From Octopus vulgaris (taxonomy: Eukaryota): a DNA stretch of 64,000 nucleotides. Under the pieces are notes generated by a model. It was not told the DNA's origin. It worked only from the letters and a program-made list of their open reading frames with translations, and made no database searches. A program made the translations under genes and the position numbers. The stretch lies in assembly GCA_951406725.2 (NCBI GenBank), contig OX597816.1, positions 134,788,001 through 134,852,000 of the forward strand. Reading direction: 5' to 3'. Positions 1 to 14,354 of this stretch are shown one piece after another. Within the stretch, counting starts at the first letter, position 1; the number at the start of each line of letters is the position of its first letter.

Positions 1-191
1 GTATCAAAATTTAATTGGGACATTAAAGATTAATCTATTTCATGGTCACTTATACGAACAAGGGGTGGGTGGGGAGCTGTAATTTATGTTGCATGGAGGT
101 ATTTGACATCCTAAGATGTAGGTCTGAGCTAATTAATAAACGTAATGAGTTGTTAATAAGTTGTCACACCAATTTAATAAACTCTTTTTAA
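1..191 (+). pseudogene. C-terminal end of a Penelope-like element GIY-YIG endonuclease region (degenerate)
   Basis: The frame from 78 reads CNLCCMEVFDILRCRSELINKRNELLISCH..., resembling the CxLC..EK..I...LLNKRxEL..xCRH C-terminus I recall from invertebrate PLE ORFs. Upstream has NWDIK and a stop. Confidence 0.5.
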
Positions 192-630
192 TGATTCCAT
201 TTAGCTAACCTACATATCATGAAATTATAATTGGATGTACATTTCTATTGCTTGTACTTTAATTTTTACAGTTACTTTTCTGATTTTTTTCGTACTTGTA
301 GTTCTACAACCCTTTTTATCCTTTGTAAAGATATTGACTGTTTTCTAGAGTATTGATCGTTAAATTATAACCTCGCTCCTAACTATCGCAATGATCCACA
401 TTTCACTTTTTCTCTTTCTTGTACTATAATTTCTCTTTCTTGTATAAGTGTTTACTTGTTTAGTATATTGGAATGATTTTAATATATTATTAAATCTAGA
501 CTATGATTTGGCTAGATATTCTACACGGTTTCACGGGACATTAACCGTCCCCTTTACCGGTACCTCTTTACTTCTAAATTTCTAGTTTTCTATCTTCCTA
601 TTCTTCGTAATCCTCTTACATTTTCTATCT

Positions 631-668
<38 letters not shown>

Positions 669-1882
669 CATTCTCTTCTCCTTTCTTCTCTTTTATCCTC
701 CTTATTTCGTCGATGTTGCTCTTGACGTACTCATTTCCCTTAATATTAACTTTGCGATTTTGTTATTCTGTTCACCGCTACACATATTTGAATACCTTCC
801 TCTCTGTTCAGACAGCCTGCTATAGTGTTCCTCTTTTCTCTCACCCGAGCTAGTTTGCCTTGATGTCATAGTCCATCTTATCTAGTAGTATACACGATTT
901 TCTGTCTATATAATTCCTATACTTCGTTCCTTACCCCAGGGATGTCAATATGGTTTCTTTCTCACTACAACATTCTAAACCCCTCTCACTGCTTATATTT
1001 ATAAACGTGTTTATCCATAAGTAAGTACATCACGCCTTCTGAAAATCATCATGAAATGACAGGAGTGGGTTTCCTTCAATATTGCATGAAGTCGCATAAT
1101 CATTGTTTGTATTTGTTCCTGCATATTCAACGGTTTATATACTTAACCTGTTATCGAAACAATTGTAACTGGATATTAAATGTGATATTAATGTTTTCAT
1201 TCCTAAATTCTTTTTATGTTACATTCAGCAATTTATGAAAATTTCCTGAATTTTCAATTTGTGTGAAACATTTAAGACTTACTGGATTGTTTTTCCCCTA
1301 CGTTCATCCTGTTAGCTGGGAGTTTGCAAGAGTGCTGACTGAGATAATGGCCTAGATCCAACAAATTCCCATTACGTACTGTATATAAATGTGTGTATGT
1401 GTATGGTTATGCTGGGCGTGAAAGTATATGTACATATATATCTTTGCATACACACATACACACACATTTACACATAAATGTGACAGGCATCTGCACAGTT
1501 TATATATATATACAAAATTCCACTTACAAGACGTTCGTCAGTCGGAACCTAAGCAGAAGACACTTGTAAAGTTTGCTGCGCAGCAGTATTGAGCTCAGAA
1601 CCGCGTGGTTAGAAAGACAAACGGTTGTAGTGCTTTAATTTCATTTACACAGCAAAAACACTTGAAAGTGGTTTAACTAAATAAATAAACTAAATAAACA
1701 ATCTGAAAGCCCAAAAACAAACAAAAAAAGAGGGAAAAAAAGCATGACTTTATACTGACACATTTGTCGCCTCTTTCAAAACGACACCTTGCTCTAATAT
1801 GAGAAATGTTGAAAGTACAAGGAGAGTGGTCGGATATAACTAAGTATATAAATTTCTCCACTATATATAAATTTCTTCGCCT

Positions 1883-2114
1883 AAGGCGGCGAATTGGCAG
1901 AGACGTTAGCACGCCGGGCGAAGTGCTTCGCGGTATTTCGCCCGTCGCTACGTTCTGAGTTCAAATTCCGCCGAGGTCGACTTTGCCTTTCATCCTTTCG
2001 GGGTCGATAAATTAAGTATCAGTTTCGCACTGGGGTCAATGTAATCGACTTAATCCCTTTGTCTGTCTTTGTTTTTCCCCTCTATGTTTAGCCCCTTGTG
2101 GGTAGTAAAGAAAT
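1883..2114 (+). mobile_element. tRNA-derived SINE, family M (Meta/Sauria-like central domain, Tx1-like tail), copy 1
   Basis: Head AAGGCGGCGAATTGGCAGA..GAGTTCAAATTCC (A/B-box-like), core GAGGTCGACTTTGCCTTTCATCCTTTCGGGGTCGATAAA, tail TATGTTTAGCCCCTTGTGGGTAGTAAAGAAAT. Many homologs in the window. Confidence 0.9.
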
Positions 2115-2136
2115 ATATATATAAATTTCTTCGCCT

Positions 2137-2368
2137 AAGGCGGCGAATTGGCAGAGACGTTAGCACGCCGGGCGAAGTGCTTCGCGGTATTTCGCCCGTC
2201 GCTACGTTCTGAGTTCAAATTCCGCCGAGGTCGACTTTGCCTTTCATCCTTTCGGGATCGATAAATTAAGTACCAGTTACACACTGGGGTCGATGTAATC
2301 GACTTAATCCGTTTGTCTGTCCTTGTTTGTCTCCTCTATGTTTAGCCCCTTGTGGATAATAAAGAAAC
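2137..2368 (+). mobile_element. SINE family M, copy 2 (tandem with copy 1)
   Basis: Same structure; flanked by the same ~21-bp TATATATAAATTTCTTCGCCT repeat. Confidence 0.9.
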
Positions 2369-2786
2369 ATATATATATAAATTTCTTCGCCTGTCACTTA
2401 TGTGTATAAAAATTTCTTCGCCTGTCACTTATGTGTATAATAATTAACTCACAAATAAATAGATCCCCTCTCCTCTCTCTCACACACACACACACATTCA
2501 TTCCTGACTAGGGAATGTAGTTTGGCAGCAAGTTTTATTGTACCAACTCATAGCACTTTCCTGTTATTTATTTTAGATGGCCATGTCATTGGAATCATAG
2601 ACACTTCTTATCGTGAGCTCAACACCCAGAGCCACTAGGGACTATTGACTAAATATGACTTGGCCAAGTGTGTTACATATTATACATAGATACGTATATA
2701 TAATTGAAAAAATAGAGTCAACAAGAAGTACGGTTAGACAGCTACTTAATAAACACATTACATACATACATACATATAATAGGAAA

Positions 2787-2829
<43 letters not shown>

Positions 2830-2834
2830 GTAAT

Positions 2835-3048
2835 AAGGCGGCGAGCTGGTAGAATCGTTAGCACGGCGGGTAAAATGCTTAGCGGCATTTCGTCCGTCTT
2901 TCTGAGTTCAAATTCCGCCGAGGTTGATTTTACCTTTTATCCTTTTGATGTCGATAAATTAAGTACCTGTGAAACACTAGGGGATTAATGTAATCGACTA
3001 GTCCCCTTCCCCCCAAATTTCAGATCTTGTGTCTATATTAGAAAGGAT
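2835..3048 (+). mobile_element. SINE family M variant with alternative tail, followed by (TTC)n
   Basis: Same head and core as 1883-2114 but ends CCCCAAATTTCAG..CTTGTG..AGAAAGGATT. Confidence 0.85.
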
Positions 3049-3127
3049 TCTTCTTCTTCTTCTTCTTCTTCTTCTTCTTCTTCTTCTTCTTCTTCTTCTT
3101 CTTCTTCTTCTTCTTCTGCTGCTGCTG

Positions 3128-3214
3128 TTTCTAAAAAACCACAAAAAACTACTCTAGTTTCTAAAAACCACAAAAAACTACTCTAGTTTCTAAAACCACA
3201 AAAAACTACTCTAG
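3128..3214. repeat. Minisatellite, 3 units of ~28-30 bp
   Basis: TTTCTAAAA(A)CCACAAAAAACTACTCTAG repeated three times. Confidence 0.85.
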
Positions 3215-3672
3215 GTAGTAGTATTTCACCAGGTTTTATGTGGTTATTTATATCTTTTCGCTTTTAACTGATCGAATACTATACTTGTTGAAATTTGTAC
3301 CACACACTATAAACACACACACATACATGCACATAGTCAAACACACACACGCAGGTATGCATGATATATGTGTATATAAATATACACGTATCTAATACAC
3401 ACATATTCGCACTCACACACGCCCATATATATTACTGTATCGACTTGATTATGGATATTATCTACCACCGGTCCCAATGCTATTCCTTGCGTTGTTGCTG
3501 CTTTCAAATGATGCCACTCCGCTAACAAGGTGGGCAGACCATTTTCCCCTGATCGGAACAATCAGTCCATCACAGGGTTATTATCCAAAGAAAAAACAAA
3601 AAAACCGCACAGCGTGTTCAGGAATGGAAACCATGATCTTGTGATCGTAAGCGCAACACCCTAACCACCTGT

Positions 3673-3709
<37 letters not shown>

Positions 3710-3754
3710 GATATTCATATTACACGCACATATACAGATATAATAAAAATAAAT

Positions 3755-4000
3755 AAATGCGCCCTTTTAAAGCCTAGCCAGGCTCATGGGCCCGGTTTCC
3801 CGGTTCCTATGGCGTATGTGTTCCCCAGCTGGACGGGACGCCAGTCCATCGCAGCGTTACTCACTTTTGCCAGCTGAGTGGACTGGATCAACGTGAAATG
3901 AAGTGTTTTGCTCAAGAACACAACGCGTCGCCCGGTCCAGGAATCGAAACCACAATCTTACGATCATGGTACTGATACCCTAACCACTAAGCCACGCGCC
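3755..4000 (-). mobile_element. tRNA-derived SINE (body A, tail X)
   Basis: Minus strand GGCGCGTGGCTTAGTGGTTAGGG...GGTTTCGATTCC head; body TTGTGTTCTTGAGCAA..CACTTCATTTCACGTTG; tail GGCGTCCCGTCCAG..GAAACCGGG. Confidence 0.85.
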
Positions 4001-4033
4001 TATACATATACAGATATACATATTATATTACAT

Positions 4034-4086
<53 letters not shown>

Positions 4087-4342
4087 GAGGAAGACAGATA
4101 TTCTCTATGAAGCTACACATAGTAACAATTTTATTGTGGATATCGGCAAGTTGAATGCTTCTCAGTGACTAACAGTCAGTATCACAGTATCGTCTCGAGA
4201 TCTCAGACTGTCCGAGGATTCCTTTCCGAGATGGAACTACTGGTCACTGTGAGACCTTGAACTTTCTATTACCCACCCCTAGTTCATACATACACGCATA
4301 AATACATATGCGAAAAATACACACACATATATTATATATAAG

Positions 4343-4810
4343 CGCAGGGATGGCTTTGTGGCCTGAGATTTGCTAAGCAACTATGTATTTACAGGTCCAG
4401 TCGAAGTGCGCGGTACTTTAGCCAAGTGTCGTCCTTCTATTATAATCCCGAGTCGACCAACGCTTTGTGCATGAATCTTATAGAGGGAAACTGTATGGAA
4501 GCCATCGTATGCGTGTGTATGTGTGTATGTGTGTGTGGGCGTGCGTGGGAGCGGGTGCGTGTGCGTGTGTGTCCCACTGTTTGACATTTGTTGTCTCGTT
4601 TGATGCTTTGTAAGTTAACGTTTTAGGAAAAAAAACAAAAACAAAACAAAGCAAAACAACAACAACAACAACAACAGCAACAGAAAAGACCCTCAGGAAT
4701 GATAGAATATGTACTAATGTATATAATGTATATACTGGCGGTGATTTGTCCGACGAAACCTTTCAAGGTGGCGTCCCACTATGGCCGCAGTCCAATGACT
4801 CAAACAAACG
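4343..4810 (+). mobile_element. Degenerate SINE family C (CORE-like, internal microsatellite)
   Basis: Diverged match to 8152-8495 and 45056-45493, including the ATGGCCGCAGTCCAATGACT tail. Confidence 0.7.
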
Positions 4811-4910
4811 AATATATCTCGGCACACACTCATGTATACACTTACACACGCACGTATGTATTTATCTATGAACGAATGTTTGTATGTATGTATGTATGTA
4901 TGTATGTATG

Positions 4911-4944
<34 letters not shown>

Positions 4945-4984
4945 TGTATGTATGTATGTATGTATAATTATATATATATATATC

Positions 4985-5049
<65 letters not shown>

Positions 5050-5378
5050 TGTATCTGTGCGTGTGTGTGTGTGTGTGTATCTACACAAGCGCGCGCTCTA
5101 CGTAATCGAACACAATCACAAATATATGCAGATTAGATTGGTGCCTGATCATTCTGCGAAGAGCACGCAAACCTACGCAAGCGTTTAGGCCAACGCTCCA
5201 GTTTAGTAGTAACATCTTGGTTAGCTCACATGTAGGTGGGTGGCGTTCACTGAACGAATATAAACATAAGGATCGAATTCTGTCGTTCGACTTCGCTCTT
5301 CTCTTTCTCCCTCAATAAAAATATCACAATCACTGCCTCTCTGCCTATTCCCCACTCCCCCTCCTTCTCTCGCTGCTT

Positions 5379-5429
<51 letters not shown>

Positions 5430-5434
<5 letters not shown>

Positions 5435-5893
5435 CTTCGTCTTTCCCTCATTGACTCCGACGCCGCAGCCGGTCGACTGATTGGCGTGCTTGCCTAGGAC
5501 TTTCGTACAGCTCCGAAGAAAACGAAAACAAACAAACAAAACAAGAAAAAAATTAAAATAAAATTTAATTTTAATCTCACAAAGTGATATTTCGAGACGA
5601 AAGAACAAAGGGAGCAACAGTGAAAATCATACAAAGATATATAAATATATATATATATATATATACATATATATATACATTTAAAGATTGTTATGGAACA
5701 ACTAGGAGAATTTCGAAGAAGACTATGGAACTAAAACGAATTATATTTAAAAGGCAACAGTATCTTGTATACATTTTTGAAAACGGGTGGTGTTGAAAGA
5801 AAGAAAAAGAAAAAAAAACGTAATAAATGATTAAGAGGAATAACTAAACAAGTAACGTACTTCTTTATGAATACCCGGAATAATAATAATAAT

Positions 5894-5983
<90 letters not shown>

Positions 5984-6194
5984 TATAATCTCGTCCGATA
6001 TCCAGCGAAAGATCGAGAAAACTTCGGAAATTACTCCTCGATTCAGTAAAAGTCCAAAAAAAATACTTAAAAGAGGAAAAATAGAAAACGATAAACGGCA
6101 ACTAAAAAGATCTGACTAAAATATACAAGGACACAACAATTAGTAATTTTAAAAAGGAGAGTCAAAAAAAGGCAGGAACATTTAAATTGTCCAA
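5430..6194 (+). other. Candidate non-coding first exon / 5' UTR of an unidentified gene
   Basis: Mostly unique, relatively CpG-rich stretch after a (CT)n tract; inverted CCAAT boxes (GATTGG at ~5136 and ~5479); ends at a donor-like CAA|GTGAGT (6195) followed by U-rich sequence. No coding evidence. Confidence 0.3.
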
Positions 6195-6309
6195 GTGAGT
6201 AAACATTTACGTTAATCTTTTTTCTTTGTATTTTCGCCTTTCTTATTTGTTTTGTTTCGTCACTTTAGTTATGACATTGACCACTGATCGATCAACCGAT
6301 CTGTCACTT

Positions 6310-6344
<35 letters not shown>

Positions 6345-6488
6345 CACTCACTCACTCACCCAATCAATCAAATAATCAATCGTTATTATATGACATGTCA
6401 GAGCAGACGAACTGTGTTTTAACCTTGTTGGTGAACTGAATCAATTTAATCGAAGGCAATCATTGACGAAGATAAGGACAAACTGGGT

Positions 6489-6580
<92 letters not shown>

Positions 6581-6687
6581 CCTTCTCACTAATACACATA
6601 CGCACACAAACTCTCTCTCATACCCACACACGCAGACACACACACACACAAATACACACTCACACACACACAATAACACAGACAGAC

Positions 6688-6732
<45 letters not shown>

Positions 6733-7474
6733 ACAAACACACAAACACAACACGTACAAGGAATTTCAAAACAACGCACCTTTACAGATGTTATATACAT
6801 TCTATATACATACTATATACAAAATCTATACACATGCTACATATATTCCACACACACACACACACACACACACACAATATACACCTCGCTATACACTTCA
6901 TACACACTACTTGTATGTCCACTCGTCATATACAACCCTTTCCCCTACGCACATTCAATAGATTATACACGCGTGCACATACACCGAAATTGTACATTTT
7001 CTGAAATGTACATAACAAAACACGACACACGTATATACGTACGTAAAAAAAAAAATTGTCCACACAAAACGCAAGTATACACAGATAGTCACGCATTAGC
7101 ACACACCCAGAAATTATACAAACCCACCCACACACATTGCACTCCAACATATAGCAGGGAGTGGTTCTACAGGGAAGATGAATGTTTCGAGCGAAGCATG
7201 AACACAATTAAATATGTTGGTATGTAACTGCAACCGAATTTGAACGCGCGCGCGCACGCACACACGCACACACACACACACACTTATACATACACACACA
7301 TACACACACATACATATATACATACATATACATACATATATATATGCATGTATGTATGTATGTATGTATGTATGTATGTATGCATGAATGTATGTATGTG
7401 TATATATATATTTATATATATATACACACACACACATACATACATACATACATATATATATATATGTATATATA

Positions 7475-7507
<33 letters not shown>

Positions 7508-7889
7508 GTAAATATATAATGCACACGCATTTAGAGGAACTGTATACACACACACACACACACACACGCATATGCATGTATGTATGTATGTATGTATGTA
7601 TGTATGTATCAAATTTACCCTTCAGCAAAAGCCAACCACATGACAATGACCAGTGAAATGGTGACGATACTAGTGATGTCCCAGTATGGCCACAACCTTT
7701 GGTCTGAAATGCATAAAAGAAAGAATATAAGAATATAATACACACATACACACAGTAACTATACATACATATATACATACATGCATACATACATGCATGC
7801 ATACATACATACATACATACATACATACATACATACATACATACATACATGCATACATACATACATGCATACATACATGCATGCCTACA

Positions 7890-7977
<88 letters not shown>

Positions 7978-8151
7978 TATGATAGACAGACAGATAGATA
8001 GATGTGCGTGTAGATACGTTTATGAGAATAGAAAACTATTATGTCAGTAAAATATATTATAATTATGTGAATGAAATGTGTTATCATAATTCCATTCACA
8101 TCAATGATGCATTATAGGAAGCAGTCGAGTACTTGACTTGTACTTTATTTT

Positions 8152-8495
8152 GGCGTAGGAGTGGCTGTGTGGTAAGTAGCTTGCTTACGAACCACATGGT
8201 TCCGGGTTTAGTCCCACTGCGCGGCATCTTGGGCAAGTGTGTTCTACCATAGCCTCGGGCCGACCAAAGCCTTGTGAGTGGATTTGGTAGACGGAAACTG
8301 AAAGAAGCCCGTCATATATATGTATTATATGTATGTGTGTGTGTGTGTATATGTTTCTGTGTCTGTTTGTTCCCCCAGCATCGCTTGACAACCGATGCTG
8401 GTGTGTTTACGGCTCCGTAACTTAGCGGTTCGGCAGAAGAGAACGATAGAATATGTACTAGGCTTACAAAGAGTAAGTAAAAGAGTAAAAGAGTA
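8152..8495 (+). mobile_element. SINE family C (tRNA head, CORE-like TTGGGCAAGTG, internal TA/TG microsatellite, GAGTAAAA tail)
   Basis: GGCGTAGGAGTGGCTGTGTGGTAAG...CCTTGTGAGTGGATTTGGTAGACGGAAACTG; several near-identical copies in the window. Confidence 0.9.
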
Positions 8496-8784
8496 TGCAT
8501 GTATGTATGCATGTATGTATGTATGTATGTATGTATGTATGTATGTATGTATGTATGTATGTATGTATGTATGTATGTATGTATGTATGTATGTATGTGT
8601 ATTAAAGTTCATTTGTGTATCCGTATGGGTATATACGTTAATATGTCTGCAGCTATAAAGTTTTTAGAATATCTGAATGTGTATAATTTATTTGCGTGTG
8701 AGTATGTGTGCGTAGGTTTGCATACAACACATTAGATTTAATGAATTGCTTCTACGCGTGTGAGCGTGTGTGTATATATATAAA

Positions 8785-8815
<31 letters not shown>

Positions 8816-9351
8816 GTATATAAATGTATACGTATTTATATATTGTGAGTGCATAATGTAGATACAAGTACATCCATTAATGAATGAATTTGCTTGTATG
8901 TATGTATGTATGTATGTATGTATGTATGTATGTATGTATGTATGGATGGATGGATGGATGGATGGATAGATGGGTGCATGCATGCATGGATGTACAGGCC
9001 TCTTAGTTCAACATCGCACCAAGATCCTTGGGTGACATTGAAGGTGGGCTTCATCGGATTCAATTCTGAGATGTCCTGCTAGGGTCATGCGCACTGTTCC
9101 TCCTGAATGTCATACGATAAAAATGACATACGAAAAAAATGTACACACTCTATTCAAATACATATACATATGTGTAGAAATATGTGTATGCTATTAACGT
9201 ATATACTTACGCGCGCGCACGTCCTCATCCACACAGACACATATGGTCTAGTGGTTAAGTCCATGATGATCATCAGGACGTGTGCTCGATCTCTGGACTA
9301 GGCAGAATGTGATGTTCTTCAACAGGGCACTTCATTTCAACACCTTAAAGG

Positions 9352-10130
<779 letters not shown>

Positions 10131-10479
10131 ATTTAGAATGTTTATATGGAAGTTCCCTTGGGTTCAAAGATGTTAGAGTCGAGAGGTTATGTCTGCCCCT
10201 GATTATAAAGGGTCCGAAAATAATGCGCGAAAGCATTGCACCATGTCATTGCACACACACACACACACCCACCCACCCACCCACACACACACATACACAC
10301 ACATACTCATACACACACATCCACACACACATAGACACACACTCCACATACACATACACACATGTGCAGGCGTGGCTGTGTGGTACCTTGGGCACGTGCC
10401 TTCTACTTCAGCCTTGTGAGTGGATCTGCATACAATAAATCTCTGAGTGGATCTGCATACAATAAAGCTGTTATTAGAG

Positions 10480-10945
10480 AGGTAAACGTCTTTGTTTTTG
10501 CTGACAGCCTTTCCAAATAAAATAATTTATCAGCGTTTCTATGATGAATATATACACTTTCCCTGAAATTTTGGAATGCCTTTACAAGCAGAACCAAAAA
10601 GCATAGAGAAAATAACCTTAATCCAAGAATACAGAGTACATGACTTGTGTACTTTCATCCATTCTTTACTCATACGGGACTGGATAGTATATAGGAAGCT
10701 CTTCAGGCTACAAGAGCGATTTCATCAACGATTTTTGCGCTCTATACTGATAATCAAATGGGTGCACAAATTACTAGATTCTGAAGTGCTTGAGTGTGAT
10801 GGTGTGGATGGCATTGAAACTGAAATTCCTCGACTGGCCATCTGATAAAGGAATCTGATCAATGCATTTCCAAACGACTATTATATGGTGAGATAAAAAG
10901 GGCAAAGAGGCCGCAATGTAAACCAAAATTGCGTTTCAAAGATTT
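10480..10945 (+). pseudogene. RTE-clade LINE ORF fragment (post-RT region)
   Basis: Reads WIVYRKLFRLQERFHQRFLRSILIIKW and PKRLLYGEIKRAKRPQCKPKLRFKD, typical RTE C-terminal motifs, with frameshifts. Confidence 0.8.
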
Positions 10946-11462
10946 AATATTTAGCTCTCTGAAGAGTTCCATTATGGAAGAGTGATGCAGTGGACCGACC
11001 AAAGTGGAGGAGAAAAATCCGAGAAGATAATAAGCAGAAACGTGCACTGATAAAACGAGAGACAAGAAAGGGTTAGCATGAGCCTTCTCTCCTAACTCGG
11101 TGATATCTGCAACCGTATTTGGCTCTCCCAAGCTGGACTAGTTAGTTATAAGTGGAAGCACGTATATAGGCCTCTACTAACTTTTCATAATTAGTCTGAT
11201 GAATTAGCTTGTTCTGTTTGTAATGAGATCAACAGAAGTAAATTTAGGTTGACAATGTACAAGAAATGTCACAACAATTTCCAGCAGTCTTTACAGCAAA
11301 ATCATGTTGTTTGTGTAAAAAAGTTTGCAAATCTCTAACCATCTGGTAATATTCAACTGTAAATATTCAGCTCCATATTGCCTGCGAGTTGGTGTCTGCG
11401 GGTATGTAACCCGTTAGTGCTGGTGTTGAGAAGAGTCATACTCGATTAACGGTTCGACAGCC

Positions 11463-11531
<69 letters not shown>

Positions 11532-12166
11532 TATATATATTTATATATATATACATACATATACGTGTGTGTGTGTGTGTATGTGTGTGTGTGTGTTTGT
11601 ATATATATCTATACATATATATATACATAACCAAACACAGAGACATGAATATACATACGTAGATAGATAGATAGATAGATAGACAGATAGATAGATAGGT
11701 ATGCACTGCTTCAAAGCGATAGGTCAACCCCTTTCTTGAAGTGGAAATAATTTCAAGAAATGAAGAATTTTTCTTATGTGCTATTTAATGTACCCTTATT
11801 CGTCTCTATTGCTCAAATACATGTCATTTTCGTTTCATTTATGCAAATTACTTCCTCAGATAATCAGATTATCTTTACTGTAATGACATATCAATCTCGG
11901 AGAAACTTTGATACTTGAGATTATCTCTTCTTATTTGGAATTGCTTCCAATTTTCACCAAAGAATTGGCTTACTTTATAGAAACGGAGATAATTTCAATA
12001 AATCAGGCTTTTATTTTGCATGTCATTTAATATAATCTTTTCCGTCTTTATTTAAATCAAAACACATTCTACTGAGCACTCATTGGTCATTTCCGCTTCA
12101 CACACACGCACACGCGCGCGCGCGCCTAATTTCCTTTTCTTCACTGAGAAAACAACGCGCCAGAAA

Positions 12167-12447
12167 GCAGGATCTGGCGCCAGTCCTGCTTCTCCTCAGT
12201 TCAAAGATTTGAGCGAAGTTGACTCCAACACTGGGACCAACTTCGTGCAAACACGAAGACACGTAGGCAAAACGCAACTTCTCCAAATGGAAACCTTACC
12301 TGCTTTCATTGTGGTTTTGTGGCACGAAGCAAAGCGGGCCTTGCCGTCCGCTCAAGAAGACACATAGTAAATGATCCACAAGCACTCGAGTAAACTGAAT
12401 CTTTAACTTGTTCCTTTTGCCGAAAGGTTTGCAAGGCACCAGTAGGT
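12167..12447 (+). pseudogene. RTE-clade LINE extreme C-terminus with two C2H2-like fingers
   Basis: RIWRQSCFSSVQRFERS*...LTCFHCGFVARSKAGLAVRSRRH, then LTCSFCRKVCKAPVG. Confidence 0.7.
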
Positions 12448-12522
12448 GGACATACATTTCCATAGAACATGATCACTGCTTTACTTTACTGAACCCTCAT
12501 TTGTCGTTCACGTCGAGAGAAT

Positions 12523-12562
<40 letters not shown>

Positions 12563-12564
<2 letters not shown>

Positions 12565-12789
12565 CTCTTTTACTTTTTTACTTGTTTCAGTCATTTGACT
12601 GCGGCCATGCTGAAGCACCGCCTTTAGTAGAACAAATGGACCCCAGGACTTATTCTTTATAAGTCTACTACTTATTCTATCGGTCTCTTTTGCCGAACCG
12701 CTAAGTTACGGGGACGTAAACACACCACCACCAGTTGTCAAGCGATATTGGGGGTGGGTGGGGGTGCAAACACAGACACACAAACATAT

Positions 12790-12820
<31 letters not shown>

Positions 12821-12988
12821 CATATACGACGGGCTTCTTTTGAGTTTCCGTCTACCAAATCCATTCACAAGGCTTTGGTCGGCCCGAGGCTATAGTAGAA
12901 GACACCTGCCCAAGGTGCTACGCAGTGGGACTGAACCCGGAACCATGTAGTTGCCAAGCAAGCTACTTACCACACAGCTACTCCTGTG

Positions 12989-12990
<2 letters not shown>
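12563..12990 (-). mobile_element. SINE family C, full length
   Basis: Reverse complement match to 45056-45493. Confidence 0.9.
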
Positions 12991-13028
<38 letters not shown>

Positions 13029-13029
<1 letters not shown>

Positions 13030-13823
13030 TAGCTTAAAAGCCGCCTTATCGAGCGGCTTTTAAGCTGGCTCCTGTGGCGGGTTCTTCATTAAGCTTTGGG
13101 CCCAACAATGACACTTCATGCATTGAGTACATATCAAATTTTATTAAACTTGACCAATATGTTTCAAGCAATGAGCAATTTTCATTAAAACAATAATATG
13201 ATTTGTCGACTTTGATCTTATTGCAAAGCTGCATGACAAACAACCTCTTTTGTCTTCCCATTCGGGGGTCAGTACAATTTTGTTTTCTATCTAACCTCTT
13301 TCTTTCTCTCCCTGTCTCTTTCTGTTGATTGTTTTCAACCATCACCATATCCAGTACCACCAACATCGCCGCCACAACTGCAACACACACACCATTCAGA
13401 CTTCTGATGCCACCGCCATCAATACCTTTCACTTCGCCGCCTTCCCCTCCGTCACCATCACTACTGGTTGCACATCGCTTACTCTCACTTCATCCCTCAC
13501 CACCTCGGCTACTCTCCTCCATCATTATCATCACCGCCGCCTCCGCTTCTATCTCAACTACAGCTCATACTATTACTATCACCCCATTACCATCACAAAA
13601 AGGCTAAATGTATACTCTTTTACTCTTTTACTTGTTTCAGTCATTTGACTGCGGCCATGCTGGAGCACCGCCTTTAGTCGAACAAATGGACCCCAAGTCT
13701 TATTCTTTGTAAGCTTACTACTTATTCTATCGGTCTCTTTTGCCGAACCGCCAAGTTACGGGGACGTAAACACACCAGCATCGGTTGTCAAGCGATGTTG
13801 GGGGGAGAAACAGAGACACACAA

Positions 13824-13883
<60 letters not shown>

Positions 13884-14354
13884 TAGGACTTCTTTCAGTT
13901 TCCGTCTACCAAATTCACTCACAAGGAGGCTACAGTAGGAGACACTTGCCGAAGGTGCCACGCAGTGGGACTGAACCCAGAACCATGTGGTTGGTAAGCA
14001 AGCTACTTACCACACAGCCACTCTTGCGACTATGTTCGTTCAGTATGTTACTTCAGCATTAGTTCAGTGTTCAGTCTCTCTTTCTCTCACATACCCACTC
14101 TTTCTCTCTTTCTTATTATTACTCCCACTGCCACCATCAACACTACTACTTTTAATAAAAACATCAACTCTCCCTAAATTTCTTTGCCTCTCTTTTTCCC
14201 CCTCTCTTTTTCTTTCCCTCTCACCGTCTCTATGCCGGCTATTACTCTCACCCCAAAATGAACAATAGTAAAAGGGTTAATGAGTAGTGAGTGAGGGTGT
14301 CGAAGTGTGACACACTGACACACAGAAATAAGTTTTCGCATTTATTATATTAGA
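13029..14354 (-). mobile_element. Non-autonomous Helitron (contains an inserted SINE)
   Basis: Minus strand starts A|TCTAATATAATAAATG and ends with a 14-bp hairpin AGCTTAAAAGCCGC..GCGGCTTTTAAGCT running into CTAG|T (AT target, no TSD). Retains PNGKTKEVVCHAALQ*, like the C-terminus of Helitron Pif1 helicases (~13218-13266). Confidence 0.8.
13613..14030 (-). mobile_element. SINE family C inserted in the Helitron
   Basis: Family consensus match. Confidence 0.9.

Noticed and set aside
1110-1175. GAAA-CAATTG-TA hammerhead-like 3' half
   Set aside because: No recognisable CTGANGA core or convincing stem I.
3128-3214. CRISPR-like short repeats (also 58163-58253)
   Set aside because: Tandem minisatellites without unique spacers or cas genes, in eukaryotic DNA.
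5867-6049. Poly-Asn ORF
   Set aside because: It is an (AAT)/(AAC) microsatellite and stops before the candidate donor; at most a uORF.
6446-9082. Many long overlapping ORFs rich in HT/CV/YI/MYVC (also 14500-15500, 39660-40560, 44140-44445, 55190-56060)
   Set aside because: They are translations of (CA)n, (TA)n and (CATA)n microsatellites that lack stops, not proteins.
13325-13677. Pro/Ser/Thr/His-rich ORFs
   Set aside because: Low-complexity filler inside the Helitron, running into a SINE.
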